Source: Octopus bimaculoides
Taxonomy: Eukaryota
Reading direction: 5' to 3'
Assembly (NCBI RefSeq): GCF_001194135.2
Contig: NC_068983.1
Coordinates: forward strand, 98,521,368 to 98,585,367
Length of the DNA stretch: 64,000 nucleotides
Part shown: positions 48,550 through 61,110 of the stretch, in pieces
Layout: the number at the start of each line of letters is the position of its first letter
How positions within the stretch are numbered: the stretch's first letter is position 1
Translations under genes and position numbers: made by a program
The notes under the pieces: model-generated
The model's input: the letters and a program-made list of their open reading frames with translations, nothing else
What the model was told of the DNA's origin: nothing
The model's database searches: none

Positions 48550-51500
48550 TAAAAATGCGCATAATCAAAGAATTGAAAGCTACAGATCTCAGTATGGACC
48601 ACCGATTATACCATGAACCTGGCCGCCACAGAAAGAAATGTCAATATGACCAGGCTAAATGATGTAACACATGCAGTAGCCTCTGTGGCCACAAAAGAAG
48701 CTGGATAGCCACTAAAACCCATTCCAACAGGAGCATCACCACCCAAACAAACCCTGTGGATAAATAATATCCAGAATAAAAGTAGAGAATAAGAGAAAGG
48801 ATCTGTCAATCCTGAATGAAACTAGTAGACAATCAACTAAGCAACAAGAAGAGAGAGAAATACTACATAAATACAAAATTACAGAACAAGGTATACCTGT
48901 GGTAAAAGAACAACTAAAGCAAGATATTCTCGCCAAAGCACAAAGAATCCGTCGATATGAGAAACGCCAACGTCTCTTTGAACAAAACAAACAGTTCAAC
49001 TCAAACCCCAAAAGATTCTACCAAGAACTTGACAAAAACAAAATAGATATCAATGCAGCATCAACAGCATAAGAAGAAGAAGAATTTTGGAAAGAAATAT
49101 GGTTGGCAAAGGAACAACCTCAGCAAAGTCTATCAAAACAACGAATACAGCACCTGAACCACTCTGGACCCCAATAACAACTGAAGAGGTTACCCAGGCA
49201 CTGCAAAAGCTAAGCAACTGGAAGGCATCCGGGCACAACAGGATCCCCAACTTCTGGTTAAAATACCTAACAGGAACACATAAAAAGTTGATTGAGAAAC
49301 TTAATGAAATACAAGCAGAGCCAGAGACAATGCCTGAATGGCTTACGGAAGGGAAAACTATCCTAATTCCCAAGTCCACTGAAATGGCAAACCCACAAAA
49401 TTACAGAACGATAACTTGTCTCCCTACAATTTACAAAGCCTTTACTGCAATAATATCGCAGAGAATGAGTAAACATCTGAAAGAAAACAACCAGTTTCCA
49501 GAAGAGCAGAGGGGATGCTGCAAGGGCTCATACGGCTGTAAGGATCAGCTACTGATCAATAAAGCCATAACTAAAGACAGCAGCAGAAAAAAGAAGTATC
49601 TAAGTATAGCCTGGATCGATAACCGAAAGGTTTTTGATAGTATTCCCCACACATGGATCCTAGAAACACTAGCCATGAACAAGGTAGCACCAATAATCAT
49701 AAAATATATAACACATTCCATGAATAAATGGCAGACAGTGCTACAGGTTCAAACAAAAGAGGGACTGATAAAAACCAAAGCTATACCCATTAGAAGAGGA
49801 ATATTCCAGAGATACACTCTCTCCACTTCTTTTCTGCTTGGCACTGACACCTTTATCTGACATGTTAAACAGAACTGGGTGTAAATACAACTGTTACGGC
49901 AAGACAATCAACCACCTCTTATATATGGATTATCTAAAACTGTACGCTACAAATAATAAACAGCTGGAAACATTACTACAGACAGTACATGGATTTACCA
50001 AAGAAATAAACATGAATTTGGTTTAGAAAAATATGCCAAAGCAACCTTGAAAAGAGGAAAACTATTTAAGAGTAGCAACATCATACTAGATAAAGCAAAT
50101 GAAATAAGAGAATTAGACCAAGCCAGGCATACAAATACTTAGGAATCAGTGAACTAGATACGATACAACACACACACAAATGAAAGAGAAGATAAGAATA
50201 TCATAGATGAATTAGATTAATACTGAGAAGAAAGCTCAATGCGAGAAACAAGATAATAGATATCAACACTGTAGCCGTCTCAGTTATAAGTTACTGCTAC
50301 AATATTCTTATGTGGACTCTAAATGAACTAATCAAAACACAGGAAAACAAGAAAAATAATGACAGGATTTAGGATGCACCACCCAAAATCTAACATAGGA
50401 AGGTTATATATACGATGTATCGAAGGTGGTAGAGGCCTTATACAGCTAGAAAACTATTACAAAATAACCACCATAGGACTACAGAAATACCTACTTCAGA
50501 AGCAAGGAAAACTAATACAAATAACCACAAAACATGAACAAAACAAAAAACTGTTTTCAGTCTTTAAGGAAGCTGACAAATACAAAAAAGATGTCATAGT
50601 GCCTAACAACTATGAAGAAAAAGAAGAAACAACGAAAGCTGTAAAACAACTGGAACAGCAACGGACCATGATAAAACGATGGCAAGAAAAGCCCCTACAT
50701 GGTAAATACTGGACTAAACTAAATGCAAAAGAAATAGACAGAGAAAAATCCCAGCAATGGTTAAGAAGCTCAGGACTCAAAGCAGAGACTGAAGGATTTT
50801 TAATTGCAGCACAAGACCAAAGCCTCCCACCAGAAATTACCAAAAACATATAATGAAAAGAAACATAACAAGTAACTGCAGAATATGTNNNNNNNNNNNN
50901 NNNNNNNNNNNNNNNNNNNNNNNNNNNNNNNNNNNNNNNNNNNNNNNNNNNNNNNNNNNNNNNNNNNNNNNNNNNNNNNNNNNNNNNNNNNNNNNNNNNN
51001 NNNNNNNNNNNNNNNNNNNNNNNNNNNNNNNNNNNNNNNNNNNNNNNNNNNNNNNNNNNNNNNNNNNNNNNNNNNNNNNNNNNNNNNNNNNNNNNNNNNN
51101 NNNNNNNNNNNNNNNNNNNNNNNNNNNNNNNNNNNNNNNNNNNNNNNNNNNNNNNNNNNNNNNNNNNNNNNNNNNNNNNNNNNNNNNNNNNNNNNNNNNN
51201 NNNNNNNNNNNNNNNNNNNNNNNNNNNNNNNNNNNNNNNNNNNNNNNNNNNNNNNNNNNNNNNNNNNNNNNNNNNNNNNNNNNNNNNNNNNNNNNNNNNN
51301 NNNNNNNNNNNNNNNNNNNNNNNNNNNNNNNNNNNNNNNNNNNNNNNNNNNNNNNNNNNNNNNNNNNNNNNNNNNNNNNNNNTGTTGTTGGCACTCCGTC
51401 GCTTACGACGTTGAGGGTTCCAGTTGATCCGATCAACAGAACAGCCTGCTCGTGAAATTAACGTGCAAGTGGCTGAGCACTCCACAGACATGTGTACTCT

Positions 51501-51923
51501 TAACGTAGTTCTCGGGGATATTCAGCATGACACAGTGTGACAAGTCTGACCCTTTGAATTACAGGCACAACAGAAACAGGAAGAAAGAGTGAGAGAATGA
51601 GTACAGCAGGGTTCACCACCATCCCCTGCCGGAGCCTCGTGGAGCTTTAGGTGTTTTCACTCAATAAACACTCACAACGTCCGGTCTGGGAATCGAAACC
51701 GCGATCCTATGACTGCGAGTCCACTGCCTTAACCACTGGGCCATTGCGCCTCCACAACAAGTATATATAACATACAGAAAATAGCACTACTAGGCACCGC
51801 ATCCTACATAAAACATTTTCAATACAGTAAAAATAAGAGCATCACAATAAACCATAGCAGTACCCAAGGAACACAGAGCTGTGCTCGGTAGAGCAGTGAA
51901 AGCACGTGATAAAAATAAGACTA

Positions 51924-51958
<35 letters not shown>
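48550..51958 (+). mobile_element. Decayed R4/Dong-clade non-LTR retrotransposon (RT, start of zinc knuckle; restriction-like endonuclease region lost in the gap), ending in (TAA)n
   Basis: NWKASG...NFWLK; WLTEGKTILIPK; NYRTITCL; EEQRGC..GSYGCKDQLLI; AWID..K.FDSIPH; HLLYMD; GGRGL; WQEKPLHG; ETEGFLIAAQDQSL; CRIC; C-terminus IQKIALLGTA..L.K at 51770-51830. Several frameshifts and stops. Confidence 0.9.
51384..51755 (-). mobile_element. SINE family C inserted in the 3' part of the Dong element
   Basis: Homology to 60093-60470. Confidence 0.9.
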
Positions 51959-51961
<3 letters not shown>

Positions 51962-51997
51962 GAGAGTATTGCAGTTCGCTTGAAGCATTGTGTATTG

Positions 51998-52220
51998 TTT
52001 GTAAAGAATAAAAAGTTTAGAAAGGTATAACAATGCACTATAGAAAAAAAATGGACTATATACCTGTTGTAACTTGGTTATTTATAGTCCGATGATATTT
52101 CGGAATTAGAATTCCATCTTCAGATCTTATCATAAATAACCAAATAACAACAGGTGTATAGTCCATTTTATTTTCTATAGTGCATTGTTATACCTTTCTA
52201 AACTTTTAATTCTTTACAAA
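51998..52220. repeat. Hairpin with ~88-bp arms (51998-52085 / 52132-52220)
   Basis: Arms are about 90% reverse-complementary by eye. Confidence 0.9.
52091..52126 (-). ncRNA. Minimal type-I hammerhead ribozyme, catalytic core intact
   Basis: Minus strand: GAT-CTGAAGA-T-GGAAT-TCTA-ATTCC-GAAA-TATC-ATC. Stem II 5 bp, palindromic stem III ATAT, cleavage triplet AUC; the 3-bp stem I is extended by the long hairpin. Confidence 0.7.
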
Positions 52221-52238
52221 AAAACAAAAAAAAACAAA

Positions 52239-52305
<67 letters not shown>

Positions 52306-52311
52306 CTGATC

Positions 52312-52344
<33 letters not shown>

Positions 52345-52888
52345 TATTATTATTATTATTATACCTCGAAAATTACCATGCATCTTCTACAATGCTTAGT
52401 TGAAAAGTTTTTGCTGTGATTTTCTTTGATTTAACTAAAATTAGCCTCTTACAANNNNNNNNNNNNNNNNNNNNNNNNNNNNNNNNNNNNNNNNNNNNNN
52501 NNNNNNNNNNNNNNNNNNNNNNNNNNNNNNNNNNNNNNNNNNNNNNNNNNNNNNNNNNNNNNNNNNNNNNNNNNNNNNNNNNNNNNNNNNNNNNNNNNNN
52601 NNNNNNNNNNNNNNNNNNNNNNNNNNNNNNNNNNNNNNNNNNNNNNNNNNNNNNNNNNNNNNNNNNNNNNNNNNNNNNNNNNNNNNNNNNNNNNNNNNNN
52701 NNNNNNNNNNNNNNNNNNNNNNNNNNNNNNNNNNNNNNNNNNNNNNNNNNNNNNNNNNNNNNNNNNNNNNNNNNNNNNNNNNNNNNNNNNNNNNNNNNNN
52801 NNNNNNNNNNNNNNNNNNNNNNNNNNNNNNNNNNNNNNNNNNNNNNNNNNNNNNNNNNNNNNNNNNNNNNNNNNNNNNNNNNNNNNNN

Positions 52889-53193
52889 GTGCAAGTGGCT
52901 GAGCACTCCACGGACATGTGTACCCTTAACGTAGTTCTCAGGGAGATTCAGCGTGACACAGTGTGACAAAGTTGACCCTTTGAATTACAGGCACAACAGA
53001 AACAGGAAGTAAGAGTGAGAGAAAGTTGTGGTGAAAGAGTACAGCAGAGTTCGCCACCATCCCCTGCCGGAGCCCCGTGGAGCTTTAGGTGTCTTCGCTC
53101 AATAAACACTCACAACACCCGGTCTGGGAATCGAAACCGCGATCCTATGACCGCGAGTCCACTGCCCTAACCACTGGGCCATCGCGCCTCCAC
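52889..53193 (-). mobile_element. SINE family C
   Basis: Homology. Confidence 0.9.
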
Positions 53194-53199
53194 TATGGC

Positions 53200-54095
53200 A
53201 GGTGTATCAAGGAGACATAAGTAAAGCAACACTTTAATCTTGAAATAGTGCAATATGCTACATGGGAACGGCAGTAGAGAGGAACTTCGGAGCATCACCT
53301 TCTGAGATGATTTGCCAGTGGGGAAGAAGAATTTAAAAAAAAGCGAATTAAAATAAGCATTATTTTTGTATAATAACCAGTGAAACGGCTATTCTTAGAA
53401 GAAGTCATAAAAAAAAACACGGATGTTAGGCAAAAGAAACTTGGGATATGCAGTGAATATGAAGATGATTATTTTGGAATCAAGAATGTTGGCAGCAAAC
53501 ATAATAATTTTTAGTGGTCTGACTTCCCAGTTACAGCTGCTAGATGTCAGCATTTACGAACCCTTTAAGAATGACACGAGAGACCAACGTAAAAAATGGT
53601 TGATACAGAGAAATTATGACATGACACCAACTGGGAAGATGAAACATCCATGAATATCTGAAGTGCATGAATGGGTACTGAAGTCAGAGACTGATATCAA
53701 AACTGAAGTTAGCATGAAGTCGTTTAAAAGATATGGTATTGCTAATGCTGCTGTCGTGGTTTCTTAACTCGAGTCGCAGAGACCACTTTTTGTTGGAGGA
53801 AAGCTGTATGTAGGATAGCTTAAGCAAACTCATGGCCTTTAATATGTATTGCCGAGTATAATATATTTGGTATTGGCTATTTGCAATGAAAATATTAATA
53901 ATTGCCAACTGGGAGGAGAGAAAAACCGCACTGCGTCCGTAGAAGGTACTTATAAGACATTGTGTGAATGTCCAGAATCAGTCTGTCTGCGCAAAAGTTC
54001 GAAGTTCGAGTACCGGAGGTTATTTGCTTGACAAGAAGGGAGGTATGTGAATCAGTTTGCTCCGTGAATTAGGCGCCAATCGGCTTATATAGGGT
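53200..54095 (+). mobile_element. Decayed pogo/Tigger-like transposase
   Basis: GLTSQLQLLDVSIYEPFK...TPTGKMKHP...EWV...KSFKRYGIANA matches the pogo DDE_1 C-terminus (LQPLDV..KPFK). Confidence 0.8.
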
Positions 54096-54531
54096 GACAA
54101 GTAAGTAAATTGCAGAACATCTGAGTAAGCCATGTTACACCACAGTTTCGCGCTGATTGGTCGGTTTATAAATCAATAATGGGAAATTGTGGTGGTTCAC
54201 TCGTGGTGCCTAATCGAGTATCTAGCGGTTGAAACTCACAGTAAAGGATGATTCCTCCTGCAGTGTCTTAGAGTATGGCGATGAATTCATCTTCAAATAT
54301 CAGAATCAGAAGATGAATAAAATGCTTTTCACTATTTTACTGGACATGATTTTTCGGGAGTTAAAGCTTTTTTTCCCTGTTCTTTTTTGTTTTGTTTTTT
54401 TTTGTTTACTTACCTGAAATTTTAATTTGCCTGATTTTTTTATCAAATTACATTTTTACTTTTACACCTTATTAATCAAAATAAACATAAATGCTGATAT
54501 ATATTTGCTTACCTTCTACGAATGGAAAATA

Positions 54532-54727
54532 ATTACTCTGCGCGTGTAAGCGAAAGCAGGGTATTGTAATTACTCATCTTTGTCTGTGTGTTTGCAAAAT
54601 TACTGGAAAACGGCTGAACGGATTTTCACCAAATTTAACAGAAATACTCATTGGGTGAGTGGTTCGAAATGATGGAAATTTGGTTTGATTATCTTCAAAC
54701 ACATAAATGCATATATATAGATATGCG

Positions 54728-54786
<59 letters not shown>
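54532..54786 (+). mobile_element. Helentron/DINE-1-like non-autonomous element, 5' part
   Basis: ATTACTCTGC..loop..GCAGGGT stem-loop, TGTCTGTGTG, then AAAACGGCTGAACGGATTTTCACCAAATTT core and a (TG)n tract. Confidence 0.55.
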
Positions 54787-55344
54787 NNNNNNNNNNNNNN
54801 NNNNNNNNNNNNNNNNNNNNNNNNNNNNNNNNNNNNNNNNNNNNNNNNNNNNNNNNNNNNNNNNNNNNNNNNNNNNNNNNNNNNNNNNNNNNNNNNNNNN
54901 NNNNNNNNNNNNNNNNNNNNNNNNNNNNNNNNNNNNNNNNNNNNNNNNNNNNNNNNNNNNNNNNNNNNNNNNNNNNNNNNNNNNNNNNNNNNNNNNNNNN
55001 NNNNNNNNNNNNNNNNNNNNNNNNNNNNNNNNNNNNNNNNNNNNNNNNNNNNNNNNNNNNNNNNNNNNNNNNNNNNNNNNNNNNNNNNNNNNNNNNNNNN
55101 NNNNNNNNNNNNNNNNNNNNNNNNNNNNNNNNNNNNNNNNNNNNNNNNNNNNNNNNNNNNNNNNNNNNNNNNNNNNNNNNNNNNNNNNNNNNNNNNAAAT
55201 TGATAATATAACACTGGATAGACGACTGATGTTGGTTAAGGCTCGCGGAACATCTGGCATTGTGTTGTCGCGAACACGAGGTGGTTGGCGTCAGTCGTAG
55301 TCGGTTATTAGTTGCTGGTAGGTGACCAGTCTTAGCGGGTGGTG

Positions 55345-55872
55345 ATTTTTTTCCCACGAGTGTTCCGGACCCCAGTAATGAACTCATTTGCATACAGCCA
55401 ATCAGAGCTCACCTTGACCTTGTTATCAAGTTAACAAACACACTCTACCAAGTAAACTCAAGACGAAGAATGGTGTTGTAAGTCGACCGATCGCCAAGTT
55501 ATGTCTGATTTTAGAAGGAAACAAGTTATTAGACAGATTTGCATCTATACCTATTATCGGATTTTGTTAGGGCCCCATATGGTAAAGATGTGGATAGGAA
55601 AAATGTGGGTAGAGGGGGATGTGCTACCAACCCTCTCCCCTTACTGTTTTACAAAGTAAACAACTACGCAGAGGCCGCCATGGTTGAAACAAGTACAAGA
55701 ACAACAAGCATTGTTAAAAGAGAAAAGAAGCATGGTTATTCCTTACCCAAGTGACCTTATCTTATCGCCCATCACTTATGTGCTCATAAATCAGTTTGAT
55801 AGTTGAGCTCTGATTGGCTGTATGCAAATGAGTTCATAACTGGGGCCCAGAACTCTTGTGTGAAAAAAATTC
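55345..55872. repeat. Inverted repeat (~65-bp arms), each arm carrying octamer ATGCAAAT and CCAAT
   Basis: CCCCAGTAATGAACTCATTTGCATACAGCCAATCAGAGCTC versus GAGCTCTGATTGGCTGTATGCAAATGAGTTCATAACTGGGG. Confidence 0.8.
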
Positions 55873-56107
55873 GCTAGCAGTCGTGGTACAATCACCATGG
55901 TGTGACGAATGACATATGTGTGTACTTCAATAATACATGAAGCAAACAACCAGGTAGGTGGCCACTATCTGGGGATTTTGCTCTACAACAGGCATGGGCA
56001 TTCCACTGATTTCCCCGCCAATTTTATCTAATAACAGACATTTAGCATGAACCTGCCAGGCTTGCCCGAACATGGATTTAGATTTTGATAAGTAAATTTT
56101 TTTTTTC

Positions 56108-56578
<471 letters not shown>

Positions 56579-57143
56579 ATTACATTTCCAAAATCAAGGA
56601 GGCGTCTTCCACAACGCAGCGTCAACCATACTGCAAAATACGGTATGCATATAATGGATATTCAAATTTTCCTGTTTTTCTTCGATAAGAGTTGATCCGA
56701 TTGCTTTGGCGGTTTTAAAGAAGTCAATAGAAGCAAAGAAATGATTTTAAAAATACAAAATCCAGGAATTCTTCAATTGTGTTTCTTAAATTCAACAGTG
56801 AACCATTATATAGGCTTCAAGTGAGTCAGCTTCAATGATTTCAAATCGCGGCTTATATTGCTAATGCTCTTGTGAAAGACAGCAAACACTATAAATTGTC
56901 TTTTCCAAAAGTCTAGTATCTTTGCATCCAGAACAAAAGTAAGCTATAAATATATTTGATATTCTAAGGAATAAAAGCCATCTCGAAAATTAATTATCTG
57001 GATATTTTTTTCTTCGTTCCTGTTCCATTTTCAGCATTTTGGTTAAACAGATCGTCTTCAGGACAACTATTTTTAAACATGAAATGAATTTAGTTGTATA
57101 TTCCACTAATATCAAGGCACAAGAAAATAAGTTGTAATGATGT

Positions 57144-57176
<33 letters not shown>

Positions 57177-57944
57177 NNNNNNNNNNNNNNNNNNNNNNNN
57201 NNNNNNNNNNNNNNNNNNNNNNNNNNNNNNNNNNNNNNNNNNNNNNNNNNNNNNNNNNNNNNNNNNNNNNNNNNNNNNNNNNNNNNNNNNNNNNNNNNNN
57301 NNNNNNNNNNNNNNNNNNNNNNNNNNNNNNNNNNNNNNNNNNNNNNNNNNNNNNNNNNNNNNNNNNNNNNNNNNNNNNNNNNNNNNNNNNNNNNNNNNNN
57401 NNNNNNNNNNNNNNNNNNNNNNNNNNNNNNNNNNNNNNNNNNNNNNNNNNNNNNNNNNNNNNNNNNNNNNNNNNNNNNNNNNNNNNNNNNNNNNNNNNNN
57501 NNNNNNNNNNNNNNNNNNNNNNNNNNNNNNNNNNNNNNNNNNNNNNNNNNNNNNNNNNNNNNNNNNNNNNNNNNNNNNNNNNNNNNNNNNNNNNNNNNNN
57601 NNNNNNNNNNNNNNNNNNNNNNNNNNNNNNNNNNNNNNNNNNNNNNNNNNNNNNNNNNNNNNNNNNNNNNNNNNNNNNNNNNNNNNNNNNNNNNNNNNNN
57701 NNNNNNNNNNNNNNNNNNNNNNNNNNNNNNNNNNNNNNNNNNNNNNNNNNNNNNNNNNNNNNNNNNNNNNNNNNGTCCTAGAATTAACTAATTCAGTGAA
57801 CTCGGAGAATTTTTGTTTAAAGACTCACTTTAATTTATGTTTATCATGTTTAATATGTGTTAAAAATGTATGAATTTTTAATTTTGTTTATAATTTAAAA
57901 TTTTTTATATCTTGTTTTTAAATTTTTATGAAGCTAGTATGCTC

Positions 57945-59130
57945 CGTTGGACGCGCAACATCAATGTGCATGTAAGACAAAGTTCAAATGTGTTGAGAGA
58001 AAAATTAAACAAGAGGAATCAGACATAGTGTTTAAAAGAGAAACCTGTGCTAAGTATAGTCATGTGATGCGAATGGATGACAACAGCTGCACAAAGAAGC
58101 GCCGATCGCTAAATGTGGATGGAACGTATGGAAGAGGGAGACCTAGGCCGACATAGGATGAAATAATAAAGGCTGACCTCAAGATGTTGAGCCTCACAAA
58201 GGACCAAGATAATTGGTCCTATGACTAATCAACTTGGCTGTTTGTCGTCTCGACGAAAGTGAAATCTTAAAAAGGATTATGTTTATGTCGAAACATTCAT
58301 TGGGCTCTGCTTCTGCACCCAGTCAGTTTCTGTCAATCTTCATCTCCTCTCATCTTTCTAATGTCCAATCCTCTGTTCTAACTATTTGAAAGCAGAACAT
58401 GCACACAGTTCATCGCACTTTGTGCTACCAGATACCTCTCCTTCTCCTCTCCATGGAACCACTTCCTTTTAAAAAAATTCCATCCCCCATTCTCAATATC
58501 ATCCCTTTCCACTTTATTTTATACCGATCTCCACTTTCTGCAACCCCCCACCCCACCCCGAGATACATCTTAAGACAGTTATTACTTTATCTTGAACACC
58601 TTTCTCATATCTGCTTTCTTTCGCAACTATCTGTCACATTTGTTGTCGACGACGTTGCACCCCCCCATCTTTGTTCCCCATTCTCTGTAGCCATCCCTTT
58701 TTACCTCTGACGTCTATTTGTCACAATACACCCCTTCTCTCTGTCTCTCTCACCCTGCATATCAGTTTCACATTTTCCGATCCACGAAGTGGTTTGTTAC
58801 TGTTGCTCTCACCCTCCTTGTACAGTCACTTATCACCTTCTCCTTCTTGAGCCACTCCCATTCTTTCACATACCCCCCCACACACCACCACCACACACAC
58901 ACCCTAGTGATATTTACTATTGACCACACCTTCACCCTTATTCCATTCACTACATTCAGCTCTACATGCATAATTTATCATTTGTCACTCTTTTCTCACA
59001 CCCTAATAAACTTATCCACCCACCTTTCCCAATTCTTTGTCCATATTCTCTTATACCCACCTTCTTGCATCCTGAGAGAACGCTCTGACACCTCGTCACC
59101 ACCAATATAGTCTTCTTTCCAGTTACTCTA
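57945..59130 (+). mobile_element. RTE-clade LINE 3' fragment plus a pyrimidine-rich downstream tract
   Basis: RWTRNINVHVRQSSNVLREKL...SHVMRMDDNSCTKK..SLNVDGTYGRGRPRPT.DEIIKADL. Confidence 0.75.
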
Positions 59131-59502
59131 ACCCACCCTTATATAATGTGGAGGAAACATGAATCTCCTCTATAGCAAACACACCTGTGACTATTCTTCT
59201 GGTTTATTTTTTTAACAGTTGGCATAATGCCACCTCACTCTTGACTACAATCTCATTCAATTGAGGCTTTTGTCTTTGTCTTGCAAGATACTCAAAAAAA
59301 GCATTCTGACGATGAAATACTGTATTCATCACCCTCCTCTACTTTGCAAACCTTTTCTGCTGGCGGCATTACCCTCTTGTTTTATTATACGATACTATAC
59401 TATACTATACTATACTATACTATACTATACTATACTATAACCATGTTACCTGAGATGCTCCAGCATATTAGTACTATTTTAAATTGATTGGTATTAGGCA
59501 GA

Positions 59503-59811
59503 GTCTGGCACTCCGTTGGTTACGAAGACGAGGATTCCAGTAGATTTGCTCGTGAAATTAACGCGGAAATGGCTAAGCGTTCCACAGACAAACGTACCTT
59601 TAATGTAGTTCTCAGAGAGATTCAGCGTGACACAGAATGTGACATTGCTAGCCCATTGAAATACAGGTACTACTCATTTTTGTCAGCTGAATGGACTGGA
59701 GCAACATGAAATAAAGTGTCTTGCTCAAGGACACAACGCGCCGGTAGTAATCGAGCTCACGACCATACAAATGTGAGCTGAATACTCTAACCACTAAGCC
59801 ACGCGCCTTCG
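59503..59811 (-). mobile_element. SINE family C variant
   Basis: GGCGCGTGGCTTAGTGGTTAG head, CTTGAGCAAGACACT core, 3' tail shared with family C. Confidence 0.85.
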
Positions 59812-60092
59812 TGTTAGGAAGAATATTCAGTCACAGAAAGCATGTCAAAGTAGACAGTGAAGCCGGACAGTCTTTCGGGGCGTTGAACCCTGTCAAAGCA
59901 TCCAACCCGTGCCAGCATGGAAGACGGACATATATGATGATATAGGTAAATATAAATGTGTGTGTGTGTGTGCGTGAGTGTGCGTGTGTGCGTATGTATG
60001 TATAAACGTACGTACGTAGTACGTATGTATGTATGTATATATGTATGTGTGTGTATGTATGTATGTGTATGTATGTATGTATGTAAGTATGT

Positions 60093-60470
60093 GTGGAGGC
60101 ACAATGGGCCAGTGGTTAGGGCAGCGGACTCGCGGTCATAGGATTGCAGTTTCGATTCGCAGACCGGGCGTTGTGAGTGTTTATTGAGCGAAAACACCTA
60201 AAGATCCACAAGGCTCCGGCAGGAGATGGCGAACCCTGCTGTACTCTTTCGCCACAACTTTCTCTCACTCTTTCTTCCTGTTTCTGTTGTACCTGTATTT
60301 CAAAGGGTCAGCCTTGTCACACAGTGTCACGCTGAATATCCCCGAGAACTACGTTAAGGGTACACGTGTCTGTGGAGTGCTCAGCCACTTGCACGTTAAT
60401 TTCACGAGCAGGCTGTTCCGTTGATCGGATCAACTGGAACCCTCGACGTCGTAAGCGACGGAGTGCCGAC
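60093..60470 (+). mobile_element. Full-length SINE family C
   Basis: Head to tail GTCGTAAGCGACGGAGTGCC. Confidence 0.92.
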
Positions 60471-60629
60471 ACATGTATGCATGCATGCATGTATGTATGT
60501 ATGTATGTATGTATGTATGTATGTATGTATGTATGTATAGATTTGGTTCCTGATGACATAGTTACAACTTCGGGCCGATCAAAACTATGTGAGTGGATTT
60601 GGTATACGGGAATTGAAAGCTCGTAAATT

Positions 60630-60830
60630 GTGATACAGCTATAGTTCACAGCAACCCGTGGAAAGGCGTGCCTTTCAAATGGAGGATTTAAAAGGCATGA
60701 CAAAAGACTTCATACTATGGCACCCATTCCTTCCGCCAGCGAGCACAGCTGTGCATTATGCAAAGGAATGTGCAGATCTTTGGCTGGGTTCAAGAGTCAT
60801 ACAAGGGCCTCACATTGCACTATCAAATTC
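60630..60830 (+). mobile_element. 3' end of an RTE-like LINE ORF with a C-terminal zinc-finger-like motif
   Basis: CALCKGMCRSLAGFKSHTRASH. Confidence 0.55.
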
Positions 60831-60904
60831 ATTTCAATGATTCTTTCTAGCAATGGTTTTGTTCGCATACGAGAAAGCAGCCACTATGTATGTATGTATG
60901 CATG

Positions 60905-61110
60905 TATCATCATCATCATCATAATCGTTTAACGTCCGCTTTCCATGCTGGCATGGGTTGGATGATTTGACTGAGGACTGGTGAAACCGGATGGCAACAC
61001 CAGGCTCCAATCTGATTTGGCATAGTTTCTACAGCTGGATACCCTTCCTAACGCCAACCACTCAGAGAGTGTAGAGGGTGCTTTTACGTGTCACCCACAC
61101 GAAGGCCAGT
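60905..61110 (-). mobile_element. RTE-type 3' tail repeat
   Basis: Near-identical to 30645-30850. Confidence 0.85.

Noticed and set aside
58240-58300. Additional hammerhead (CTCGACGA...GTCGAAACATT)
   Set aside because: The core has an insertion and no convincing stems I or II.
60093-60165. tRNA genes at SINE heads
   Set aside because: A and B boxes are present, but the sequences run into SINE bodies and do not form complete cloverleaves.
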